DNA of 52,529 nucleotides from positions 1-52,529 of the IMG/VR virus record IMGVR_UViG_3300032342_000011; one strand, written 5' to 3'. Shown piece after piece: positions 35,062 through 43,970 of this stretch. The stretch comes from a virus. Taxonomy: Duplodnaviria; Caudoviricetes. Below the pieces are notes generated by a model. That model was given only the letters and a program-made list of their open reading frames with translations. It ran no database searches and was not told the DNA's origin. A program made the position numbers and the translations under genes. Each line of letters starts with the position of its first letter. Positions within the stretch are counted from its first letter, which is position 1.

Positions 35062-35649
35062 ATGGCGAATAAGATTATAACAGCACATTTTACTAGATGT
35101 GGGGTCCCTGCAACAGGACTAACACCAACTATTGATATATGGGAACTTGATCCTATTGTTCCAGCGACATTCACACAAGTTATTAACGATGGAGTATTTA
35201 CTGAACTAACACAGGGTTGGTATCGGTATGATTTTGGTCCGTATAATCCTGCAAACACATATACATTCACTGTCGATGGTGGTGAGACTCTACCGCTTGG
35301 TGAAAGATATCAGGTCGGTGTTAACGAGTCATATGTTGAAGAAATTGCATATGAGGTGTGGGAGGAAGATGCAACTATCCACCTTAACGTTGGAACGACG
35401 GGACTTGTTTTAAATCAAATTAAGGCTAATACAACGTCTATCGTTCTCACTGTTGGAGCAATTCACTCTATAGTCACAACACTTCTCAAGTATGAACGCA
35501 ATAGAACAAGAATTGATAAGATAGCGAGAACACTAACAATTTATGATGATGATTGTGTCACGCCATTAACTGTCTTCGATCTCAAAGATTCCTCTGGTAG
35601 CCCAAGTGTACTAGAAGTTTGTGAACGAGTACCAACAACGTGTCCATAA
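35062..35649 (+). CDS. Hypothetical, probably virion, protein
   Basis: AAGGA RBS and a late promoter. Ig-like N-terminus (GWYRYDF), a short coiled coil, then TLTIYDDD..TPL. Confidence 0.75.
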   Translation: MANKIITAHFTRCGVPATGLTPTIDIWELDPIVPATFTQVINDGVFTELTQGWYRYDFGPYNPANTYTFTVDGGETLPLGERYQVGVNESYVEEIAYEVWEEDATIHLNVGTTGLVLNQIKANTTSIVLTVGAIHSIVTTLLKYERNRTRIDKIARTLTIYDDDCVTPLTVFDLKDSSGSPSVLEVCERVPTTCP

Positions 35650-35650
35650 A

Positions 35651-36160
35651 ATGTTAACTTCTCCTGTTGGGGGTCTAATTACTGGTGGTCTGTGTCTTCC
35701 CGCATGTTGCGGAATGATCACAATGAAGTTTCACCTATTCGTATGTAAATTAAGCGTCGGTGGTGGCGCCTTTCCCGGTGTTATTCCACTATCACCTGGA
35801 CAGGCTGGAAAATTATTTAAGCCTGTCAATAGTCGTTGGTTAATGCCATACGAGAAGCGTTGGCACTGTGTTAAAGAACGTCATGTTGTAATCAAGACGA
35901 AACTACAACATGAAGATGGACAAATTGAACAACAACTTAATGTAACTATCTGTGAACCTGAACAACCTATCGCAATCGAAGACACAATCATTCAAATTCA
36001 GATTCCAACAGCTCTTGCTGCACTTGATATCTCATCGGATGCATATCTTCGTCCAATTCAGTTCTATGCAAGACGTGTTACACATGGGATTGAAGTGATT
36101 AATGTTCAGCCAATGGTGAATGTTACACTGAAAAAACAAGATACGGACGAAAACGAATAA
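35651..36160 (+). CDS. Hypothetical protein
   Basis: ATG lies one base after the upstream stop. Confidence 0.65.
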   Translation: MLTSPVGGLITGGLCLPACCGMITMKFHLFVCKLSVGGGAFPGVIPLSPGQAGKLFKPVNSRWLMPYEKRWHCVKERHVVIKTKLQHEDGQIEQQLNVTICEPEQPIAIEDTIIQIQIPTALAALDISSDAYLRPIQFYARRVTHGIEVINVQPMVNVTLKKQDTDENE

Positions 36161-36182
36161 ATAGTACATTCAGGGAATAATT

Positions 36183-36782
36183 ATGAGTGATGCAATCAAA
36201 CTAAACATAGAAAAGGAAAATTCATTGACATTTCAGGTGAATATTTCCGGTATTGATACAACCGATATAAAGGTTCGCTTTGCAATTGATACTGAGGCTG
36301 TTTGTTACATGTTCCCTTGTGAAAAAGTTAACGAAGAAGAATATAAGGTTGTTATTCCAGCACTAAAACATATTCCACATGAAACATACAACTGTATGAT
36401 TGAAGTTGTTGCAAACGAGTTCTTCTTTGTTGCAATGAATGGGAAGATCAAACTAGTTGGAACACCAAAGATCAAAGCAAAGGTCAAGAAAGAAAGTGTG
36501 GAAGATAACTCCGACGCACCAGAAATTCACATTACTGCATCGCCAATCAAGGTTGAACAACTTGAAGAAGGAAAGAAGCGTCACAAACGTGACGAAGAAG
36601 ATGAAGATGAAGCACTTGATCAATCAGATACTGATGATGCTCTAGAAGTACAAACAGATCCTGGTGCTCTAACATCTGAAAGTAGGGACAATGCTGTTAA
36701 AAGAATTCTTGGTGAGCTTGGATATAAGTATGAACCAATTAAGAGTGGAAAGTCATTAAAGTCCTATCTTAAGGACGGATAA
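36183..36782 (+). CDS. Hypothetical protein (beta-rich N-terminus, charged tail)
   Basis: ATAAATA at 36157-36163 and an AGGGA RBS. Confidence 0.75.
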   Translation: MSDAIKLNIEKENSLTFQVNISGIDTTDIKVRFAIDTEAVCYMFPCEKVNEEEYKVVIPALKHIPHETYNCMIEVVANEFFFVAMNGKIKLVGTPKIKAKVKKESVEDNSDAPEIHITASPIKVEQLEEGKKRHKRDEEDEDEALDQSDTDDALEVQTDPGALTSESRDNAVKRILGELGYKYEPIKSGKSLKSYLKDG

Positions 36783-37296
36783 TACGATTCGCTTCTAGAT
36801 TATCAACCAATCTAAACAAATGTTTACAAAGTCCTATAACACTTAACGGATTCACAGGTGGTCTTGTTGTTGTCTTCCGTATGTATGGTGGAGGAGGATT
36901 GCCTAGTAGACTATCATCGTTATAGTTTGTCATTGCAAACCGCCATCTAAAGTCCATACAATCGCAAACGACTGTACAATTATGAACTGTCTTTGATACA
37001 GGAGTCATATGATACTCTTGTCCGTCACTACCTTGAAACGTTGCAACATCTGGAGTATCTTCATCGTGAAACTCAACATCGGTTATCATTATTGATGGGT
37101 GATATGTTCCACCGGCTGTTTTTGCAACAGCCTTAATTTCAAGTGTATTCGATTGTACATATGGAACATACTGAAGATTAGATACATTCACTGTCGTCAT
37201 AATGTTCTGACGCTTCTTTGTACCAGGAAAGCCCCTAATCGCATCTTGCTCAAGACGACTGAGTTGTGCTTCGTATATTTGTTTAAGAGTCAGCAT
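36769..37296 (-). CDS. SWIM-type zinc finger protein
   Basis: VVCDCMDF...GLCKHL (CxC...CxH). ATAAATA at 37320-37326. Confidence 0.75.
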   Translation of the reverse strand: MLTLKQIYEAQLSRLEQDAIRGFPGTKKRQNIMTTVNVSNLQYVPYVQSNTLEIKAVAKTAGGTYHPSIMITDVEFHDEDTPDVATFQGSDGQEYHMTPVSKTVHNCTVVCDCMDFRWRFAMTNYNDDSLLGNPPPPYIRKTTTRPPVNPLSVIGLCKHLFRLVDNLEANRIIRP

Positions 37297-37348
37297 TGAA
37301 ATCTCATGTTTAGATCAGATATTTATCTCATCCAGGAATAAAAAACTG

Positions 37349-37377
37349 TTGACATCATAATTAATTGAGAAGATAAT
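37349..37377 (+). promoter_or_regulatory. Sigma70-like promoter facing antisense into the terL 3' end
   Basis: TTGACA-17 nt-GATAAT, preceded by an A-tract. Confidence 0.55.
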
Positions 37378-37430
37378 AGATATGCCCCCCCAGCAAGCAT
37401 ATTCGGTTTTTACCCTTATTATTATTTCTA

Positions 37431-39083
37431 CTATCCTTGGTCTCTTCCAAACCATGGATCGAACGAGTTTTGGTCATTCGGGTTCGTAAATGCACCACTT
37501 ACTTGTCGAACTGTCGGAGAAATTGTTGGACCACTAAAGTCGATTAGGAACGGCATCCCTGGATCACCCTCGTCGAACTCATCATCAAAATATTCGTCCT
37601 CGTTAAGTGTGTATAGTGTATCAAATGCAGCCTGTTCATATGTAGCAATTTCTTCAATCAATCTAATCACAATTAGCAACGCAGAGATGCAATCGTCAGT
37701 ACTTCCTTGCTGTGCCATAAATGTTCCAGCCTTGCGAATATATCTCTTAAGTTCTGTAAGCAATATCTTAGATCGAATACCAATTTTCCCTCTTTCTACA
37801 AGTTGTTTTAAAGTAATACATGCTCGAAGTTTGGTCTTTCCGGTTGTATTCATTCCAAGACGGTTTTTACCTGATTCGGAAATTAATTCACCAGAACTAG
37901 CTTGTTCTTCGTCGTTTTGGTATAGAGCGACAATTGCCTCACCAACACCATTATTTTCAACAGAAAAGTACGCTTGTGCTCCTGCTATTTGAATTTGTCG
38001 GAGAATCCATCTTAAACTTAGATAGACAAGCTGTGTGTTTGTGGTATTAGATCTAAATTCGGCAATTTGTTGCATACTTGGAAATTCAAACATCTCAATT
38101 ACACTTGAATCATTTCCACTACCTGTAGCTGGATCAATACCAATCAAGTATGTTCTACCCTTTCGTATTGGTTCCCATTGGACAAATCCCCTCTCATTTG
38201 CTGCAGGCATTGTGACGGTATTATTATAGGCATTAAGAATAGATGATGGAATTAGTAGTGCTTCACTACTAATGAATTCGCACATATATTCCTGTTTCCA
38301 CTTTTCTTCGCCAATCACTGCAATTTGTTCTTGCTTAAACTTTTCATCTCGTCCTGGTGGTTCATCCCATTTAACGTGACGAGATTTGAATACTATACCT
38401 TCTTTAGTTGCCGCTTGAACTTCTGCTCGATTCCATAGTGTAGCAAATAGATCACTATCACCATTTGGTGTAGATGCTATAATGCATGATCCACCTGTTG
38501 CAAGTGTTGGTGATACTGAAGACCAAAATTCATCCTGAATTCCCGGTTTAACGAATGCGAACTCATCGCAGAACAGCAACGAGATAGCAAGAGTACGACC
38601 AGACTGAGGTGTTGTGGCTTGAGAAACAATTCTTGAATGGTTATCGAAACTAATGTTGTGTTTGTTCCACCCATCATCGACAACGCCAGGCTTAAGCCAG
38701 TCTGGTAAATTTTCGTATGCGTATCTAATCTTAGTGATCATTTCCATTGCGTTGTAGTTCTTATTTGACACAATAAGAACTGTCTTGTCGAAATTAAACA
38801 TTGCATACCACAAAATATATGCAACAGATACTGTACTTTTACCTGTTTGCCTCGCACTGAGAATAATGTTGTATCTGTGATTGCGGAAGTTGTTGATTAG
38901 TTCTTCTTGATATGGATATAGATCAAATGCTATGTTACCAAGTAAGGGGTGTTGTACTTTAACATACTTTCGGATGAAGTATATTGGGTCAGTTGCACAT
39001 CGTTTAAGTTCAAGAATATGTTCATGTGCATATTCGATTGGTGTATGCGCACGAATAACATTTGGATTACTTCGTAGTGTCAT
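37431..39083 (-). CDS. terL: Terminase large subunit (T4 gp17-like)
   Basis: LYPYQ, ARQTGKS, CDEFAF, ASTPNG, GIDPA.G.G.D, TDD nuclease motifs. GGAG RBS before ATG 39083, TAAATA at 39102. Confidence 0.97.
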   Translation of the reverse strand: MTLRSNPNVIRAHTPIEYAHEHILELKRCATDPIYFIRKYVKVQHPLLGNIAFDLYPYQEELINNFRNHRYNIILSARQTGKSTVSVAYILWYAMFNFDKTVLIVSNKNYNAMEMITKIRYAYENLPDWLKPGVVDDGWNKHNISFDNHSRIVSQATTPQSGRTLAISLLFCDEFAFVKPGIQDEFWSSVSPTLATGGSCIIASTPNGDSDLFATLWNRAEVQAATKEGIVFKSRHVKWDEPPGRDEKFKQEQIAVIGEEKWKQEYMCEFISSEALLIPSSILNAYNNTVTMPAANERGFVQWEPIRKGRTYLIGIDPATGSGNDSSVIEMFEFPSMQQIAEFRSNTTNTQLVYLSLRWILRQIQIAGAQAYFSVENNGVGEAIVALYQNDEEQASSGELISESGKNRLGMNTTGKTKLRACITLKQLVERGKIGIRSKILLTELKRYIRKAGTFMAQQGSTDDCISALLIVIRLIEEIATYEQAAFDTLYTLNEDEYFDDEFDEGDPGMPFLIDFSGPTISPTVRQVSGAFTNPNDQNSFDPWFGRDQG

Positions 39084-39114
39084 AATGATTCTCCACGACA
39101 CTATTTACTGAAAA

Positions 39115-40041
39115 TTAATCCCTGATGACCTTTACTATGTTTGAAGTAATTCTTGATGCGAACACAGCTTGTACTCTTAATCCTTTATATGGACCAAGTT
39201 TCCTCTTTTTGTCGTTACGAATTAAGAACCAAACCTTTTGGTTCTCTAAAATATCCAAAGGATGCTTTATAATATTGCTTACATTGATAAAAAGGTTATC
39301 GTCTGAAAAATGAAAGTCCACATCGTTAAACGTGCGTATAGCGACGATACCCCTTGCCAAAATATCGTCTCCGAAGATGACAGCTAATTCTTCGTGAGGT
39401 AAAGCGGGAACGGCGACGTTTGGGGAAATTGTAACTCCAACACAGTTTGGTACAATCTTAACTAGATCGGAAGTTAGTGCAATATCAATTAGTTGTTTAG
39501 CATTGTCGTGCCACAAAGTGTCTGCAGATTCCCACAACTGAGCGTTATCCATCTTTAGTGAAATTGGAAATATCGAGCCATTGATACAGTGGAGTTGAAT
39601 GTCTGCTTTGTTCCTTGACTTTCGTTTGTGCTTTACGATTGATGCTTTTGTGACGGACTTGACTGTAATTGATTTGTTACCATCTGATAGAACAATATTT
39701 AAACAACGTTTATGTTCCGTATGTGTGTTGATTGTGCTAACAAGCCTCATCTCGTTATCACGACCAGGAAAGAACTTTTCTTTCTTTATGATAATGTTTA
39801 GAGAGCCATTATAGACAATATGACCAATACTAGAATATTTGGTTGTTTTGACGTGAATTGTGTTAGGAACATTATCAAGAATGAACCTCATTATATCGTG
39901 GCGATCCTTGTTTGTCGTAAGGACAAGTTTCGACTTCGTTAGCTCTCTTATTGTTCTAAGACCAAGATCGTAGTGAAGTGTCTTGATGTCAAGTGGTGTA
40001 AACGAGCTATCTTTTGAGAATAGGGTTATTAAATCAATCAT
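39115..40041 (-). CDS. Putative PD-(D/E)xK restriction-fold endonuclease
   Basis: G..NE helix, KADIQL and ISLK motifs. Basic protein. Confidence 0.6.
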   Translation of the reverse strand: MIDLITLFSKDSSFTPLDIKTLHYDLGLRTIRELTKSKLVLTTNKDRHDIMRFILDNVPNTIHVKTTKYSSIGHIVYNGSLNIIIKKEKFFPGRDNEMRLVSTINTHTEHKRCLNIVLSDGNKSITVKSVTKASIVKHKRKSRNKADIQLHCINGSIFPISLKMDNAQLWESADTLWHDNAKQLIDIALTSDLVKIVPNCVGVTISPNVAVPALPHEELAVIFGDDILARGIVAIRTFNDVDFHFSDDNLFINVSNIIKHPLDILENQKVWFLIRNDKKRKLGPYKGLRVQAVFASRITSNIVKVIRD

Positions 40042-40486
40042 CCAGAGGTTCTGGCTCTATTGTGAAGTCGGTGTCAATCACACGCTTCAACATTTCTGAA
40101 CGGCTCATTATTACAGTATTATTGACCGTTCGTGGCTTAGTTGCTGTAACAGCAACTTTATCCTTATGACGTTTGTGTTCGGCAAGTTGTTTGACAGCAT
40201 CTAGTGCAGTGTTTAGAAGTCCGTTAGCAACTTCCATGTTACGTGCCGCATATTTGACATCACCATCTGTTGCGATATTAACTTGCATGTCGTACGCTGT
40301 TAGTGCTATATCATTAATGTCGTGGAGTTTCTTTTCAATCTCATTATCTTTGACGTCATACTGGCCGTGAGGAACAATGTCAGTTGTTACATGACGTTCT
40401 GTTGTTGTCACGGTTGTTCCTGTAGGTATATCAAATACCGCTTCAAGAGGATGTTCAACAAGTTTTTCTTCTACGATCTTTGTCAT
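40034..40486 (-). CDS. terS: Terminase small subunit (gp16-like)
   Basis: Helical, with ARNMEVA..LL and TVNNTVIM motifs. Upstream of terL. Confidence 0.75.
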   Translation of the reverse strand: MTKIVEEKLVEHPLEAVFDIPTGTTVTTTERHVTTDIVPHGQYDVKDNEIEKKLHDINDIALTAYDMQVNIATDGDVKYAARNMEVANGLLNTALDAVKQLAEHKRHKDKVAVTATKPRTVNNTVIMSRSEMLKRVIDTDFTIEPEPLDD

Positions 40487-40971
40487 ATTGAGGTTTGAAA
40501 TTGTTTATCTGTCTTTGATTGTTGTTTAAGATACCACTCTGCTGTTTCAAGAAAGTTAGCATCTGTAATCATTATGTCAAGGACTTCACTTGTTAAGTCA
40601 TCAAAATCAATATTGTTGATGTCAACACCTAACTTTCTTGTGTTGGAAGTGAGAACAGCACGGAGGAACTTTTGAAGTTCTGTTCTTACGGTGGCATCAT
40701 CTTCATCCTTAAAGTGCTCGTAAGGATAGTCATAATCAATAGCTGCCTTTCTCATAACAGGATCGAATAAAACGCTCCGCATTCCATATTCAGGTTCAGC
40801 AATTACTTTGCGTAGTCCAGCGATCGCAAATCTTACAATTTTATCTTTCTTTGAAGGGTCGAGTTTAGTGTCAGCATATAAATTCAGACCAGGAGCATAC
40901 GCTGCTAAACCACCAATAGTCTTCAAAAAATCACGTCTTGTTATTTCGTTAATTATCTCACTCAATCTCAT
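40483..40971 (-). CDS. Hypothetical protein with a twin-arginine (Tat)-like motif
   Basis: MRLSEIINEITRRDFLKTIGGLAAYAPGLNLYA. ATG 40971 lies just after the upstream stop. Confidence 0.7.
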   Translation of the reverse strand: MRLSEIINEITRRDFLKTIGGLAAYAPGLNLYADTKLDPSKKDKIVRFAIAGLRKVIAEPEYGMRSVLFDPVMRKAAIDYDYPYEHFKDEDDATVRTELQKFLRAVLTSNTRKLGVDINNIDFDDLTSEVLDIMITDANFLETAEWYLKQQSKTDKQFQTSI

Positions 40972-40972
40972 A

Positions 40973-41446
40973 TTACTTCCTTCGGAACAGTTCACGTTCT
41001 GTTAGGATTCGAAACCTATATCCATGTTGCTTACAGTATTGTTCAGCAGCTTTCCATTTCGCAGTGTTAATTGAGAACATTAGTGCTTCCATAAGGTCGG
41101 CACTATTTTGTAGTTGTTTACTAGGTTTGATTTCGATAATTTCTTCAACTACTTGATTATATTTATCTTTATACTTAATGTAGTAATCGGGAAAATACCT
41201 GTGCATTTGATTGTCGGTAGGTTTTAGATATGGAATTGCAAGACATTCACTACCCCACTCAAGAACACTAACGTTGTTGTCAAGAAACTCATGGAACTTA
41301 CGCTCCCATGATGACATGAACCGAATCTTATCTTTGTTCTTCCCGACATATTTCTTTGGATTCTTGAGTTTATAGTACCCCTGGTGGTATCTACGACCAC
41401 CAAAACTTCGGTACATTTTTTGTTCAATTTCCTTATTTGTTGTCAT
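40973..41446 (-). CDS. Head completion nuclease (T4 gp4-like, TnsA fold)
   Basis: NPKKYVG, SSWE..F, WGSE...IPY, HRYFPD, EIKP, KWKAA, FRILTE. Confidence 0.93.
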   Translation of the reverse strand: MTTNKEIEQKMYRSFGGRRYHQGYYKLKNPKKYVGKNKDKIRFMSSWERKFHEFLDNNVSVLEWGSECLAIPYLKPTDNQMHRYFPDYYIKYKDKYNQVVEEIIEIKPSKQLQNSADLMEALMFSINTAKWKAAEQYCKQHGYRFRILTERELFRRK

Positions 41447-41448
41447 GT

Positions 41449-43239
41449 TTAACTGCCATAAATCTTTGAACTGATAGATGATGTGAAGTTAGATGAACTA
41501 CCAGCTGGAATACTGTTTATAGGTGGAACAGTGGTATTTTGACTTCTAACGTCACTACGTGGCTGACCTGATGCATATGGTAAGTTATTGTTCTCAGCAT
41601 GTAGTGTTGCTCTGTGATCAAATCTGTTTGGAGGATCATTTGGTCCTGGTGGATGATTTAACGCAGTTTGGTAATCCACTCTACTTGCTTGAGCTTGCCA
41701 TTCGGGTGTTCCAGGTGGTGCTGTAATCGCATCATATCCAGTATTTGCCTCTCTTGCCATTGCAACTGTTCGTGCATTTCTTGTAGTCGTAGGAGTCGCA
41801 ACGTCCGGAGGAGGTGAAGTAGATGATCCAAATGGTGGAGTAACAGGTGTTGCTGGTGTAACGGCAGCAGTTGTTGTAGGTGTTGGAGCCGCAGTCGGAT
41901 TTGACGCTTGTTGAAACTCTGTTGTCGTTCGTCTGGTTGGTGTTGATATGTTTTGTGGTTGTGGGTTTAACTTTTTCATTCCTTCAAAGTTTAAGTGTTT
42001 AACACCATCAGCAACTGCCCTCTGTAGTTCATTAAGTTGAGTTGCAGTTGAGACTCCAACTTTAAGATCTAACATATCATAGTTGAATGTGAATGTTACC
42101 GAGTTTGTATTTGATTCACTCATGGTTAAGTCATCAAGAGTGAAGTCTGTAATTCTTGGATTGTAGTATTTGTAAATATCAACAAACTTACCGAAACTAT
42201 ATGCGTGGTAGATTGTGATACTTTCAATAATTGCTGTTGCTGATTGACCCTGAGCATTGCCACTCTCATTATATGCCAAAGGACCGAGAGAAGCTGTCCA
42301 TGGGGCATTTGGATTAACAACCTGTTTTAAAGTCCCACTAAAAAATCCCTTGTCGAAATCCATACCAGCAGAGTCAATAATGCCCAAAAGATACTTTGGA
42401 TCTTGTTCTGTAGTTCTCATTACTGGACTAAGAATCTTCATATATGTGTTGAAGAAGTTTAGCGACGAGTTGTCGTTCATATCATGTAATTCAATTGATA
42501 TTGGATCCCAGGACACCCTTTTTGGGATATTTGTACGGAAGTTGTACATATTAACTTCTTCGTGGTCAATTTTATATTTCGGTCTATCGGCTCTTTTTAA
42601 TAGGAACGTAAAGGTTGGATCAAACAAACCAGCAGTTCCAAATGGACCTTTAAATGTTATATCCATGAGAAACAAAAATTTCTGCTTGGGCTGAAATATT
42701 GTTACTAAGTCTTGAGCATAGGATCGTGTAAACTCAAGAGCAGATGGAATTTTGTTTCTGAAATCAATATCTGGAAGTCGTTTCTTACGAAGGAACGTTT
42801 CTGCAAAGATAATAAACCAATGCATCTTAACCAAATCTGCAGGAAGGCTCTCGTAGATTGTTACAGTTGGATACTTAATAAGGTTGAAAATGTAGTTAAG
42901 CGACTTAAATGGACCAAAATTTGCTTTTGATAGTTTCTCGTTAACAATTTGCATGAATAATGAACTAGCAGCAGCTACACCTGCATCAACAACTGGACCA
43001 TTCTCTTGTTGCATAAATGGAATGTCTTCGGGATTAACTCCCATTGCCGATATTAGTTGCTTGTAACCTGTATTAAGAAACGAATCAATAGTACCTTGTG
43101 CTTTGGAAGCAGTGAAATCGTCGATAACTTTATCTACAGCCCCATTAACAGAATTATTAGCCTGAATCAATGTACCAGGATTAACAGGAACAAAAGAAGC
43201 TGGACTACTGTCACTTACAACTTGAAATGGATTTGCCAT
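41449..43239 (-). CDS. Baseplate/tail-tube initiator-like protein (gp19/gp54 fold) with a Pro/Thr-rich tail
   Basis: RP......VNMYN......W.PI.IEL.D, Y.NPRI, TF.YD tube-fold motifs. ATAAATA at 43260. Confidence 0.7.
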   Translation of the reverse strand: MANPFQVVSDSSPASFVPVNPGTLIQANNSVNGAVDKVIDDFTASKAQGTIDSFLNTGYKQLISAMGVNPEDIPFMQQENGPVVDAGVAAASSLFMQIVNEKLSKANFGPFKSLNYIFNLIKYPTVTIYESLPADLVKMHWFIIFAETFLRKKRLPDIDFRNKIPSALEFTRSYAQDLVTIFQPKQKFLFLMDITFKGPFGTAGLFDPTFTFLLKRADRPKYKIDHEEVNMYNFRTNIPKRVSWDPISIELHDMNDNSSLNFFNTYMKILSPVMRTTEQDPKYLLGIIDSAGMDFDKGFFSGTLKQVVNPNAPWTASLGPLAYNESGNAQGQSATAIIESITIYHAYSFGKFVDIYKYYNPRITDFTLDDLTMSESNTNSVTFTFNYDMLDLKVGVSTATQLNELQRAVADGVKHLNFEGMKKLNPQPQNISTPTRRTTTEFQQASNPTAAPTPTTTAAVTPATPVTPPFGSSTSPPPDVATPTTTRNARTVAMAREANTGYDAITAPPGTPEWQAQASRVDYQTALNHPPGPNDPPNRFDHRATLHAENNNLPYASGQPRSDVRSQNTTVPPINSIPAGSSSNFTSSISSKIYGS

Positions 43240-43281
43240 GAAGACTCCAATGTTTGCTGTATTTATCTATGGAATTAAAAC

Positions 43282-43308
43282 AAAAAAGCCCACCGAAGTG
43301 GGCTTTTT
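43282..43308 (-). terminator. Intrinsic terminator with a cUUCGg tetraloop (bidirectional geometry)
   Basis: AAAAAGCCCAC-CGAA-GTGGGCTTTTT, downstream of the tail tube gene. Confidence 0.9.
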
Positions 43309-43322
43309 GAACGTGTTTGTTA

Positions 43323-43916
43323 TTATGATCCAACAGCAGGACCACCGAGTGCTGAGTTTCCAGATGTATTGAAGAAACGTTGGTATGCATGATCGAACCG
43401 AATCGTCAGGTTGATTTTCCATGTTTCATTTCCAGTACCATATGTACCATTGTTATAGTTAGCAGCTTGAATCCAGCAACCTTCATAGAACCAGATTTCA
43501 AGTGGAGCTTCGTTACCATCGAGAACGTCTAGCTGAACGGCGAATTTATATGAGTTACCATCAATCGCTGTTGCGAGCCATGGACCTTCGACACCAATTA
43601 AGAATTGTTGACGTTGGATTTGAGCTTGAATAATTTTGGACGCACTGCTTGTAATATCATCTTCAATGGTCATTGCAAGCGTTTCCCAAGTATGACGACC
43701 TGCAACCCAACCTCTTGAATTGTAACGGAACAATTCGACTTCTTCGAAAGTTAGATTTGGACGTGCTACTTCGATTGCTTGAACAGAAAGTGCTCTTGAG
43801 TCAGGAAGTCCACCAATGTTGTTAAAAAGCACTCTATATTTGTTAATCAGTTTTGGATGGAGAATCCCCGTTCCACCACCTGGAATTGGAACTCCGAAAT
43901 CATTAATTGTTGCCAT
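43323..43916 (-). CDS. Tail tube protein (T4 gp19-like)
   Basis: HPKL.NKYRV, RPNLTFEEV, AGRHTW, W.YEGCWI, LTIRFD. Follows the sheath gene. Confidence 0.9.
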   Translation of the reverse strand: MATINDFGVPIPGGGTGILHPKLINKYRVLFNNIGGLPDSRALSVQAIEVARPNLTFEEVELFRYNSRGWVAGRHTWETLAMTIEDDITSSASKIIQAQIQRQQFLIGVEGPWLATAIDGNSYKFAVQLDVLDGNEAPLEIWFYEGCWIQAANYNNGTYGTGNETWKINLTIRFDHAYQRFFNTSGNSALGGPAVGS

Positions 43917-43970
43917 ATTGCGTTTCCTTTTTGTGACCTATCACGATTATATATGTCAGTCGTCAAATCA

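Noticed and set aside
35013-35270. 85-aa minus-strand ORF
   Set aside because: Antisense to the better-supported 35062-35649 gene and runs over the divergent promoters.
37431-39083. Intein or intron in terL (also checked uvsW and uvsX)
   Set aside because: Lengths are normal, motifs are contiguous, and no C...HN splice signature is present.
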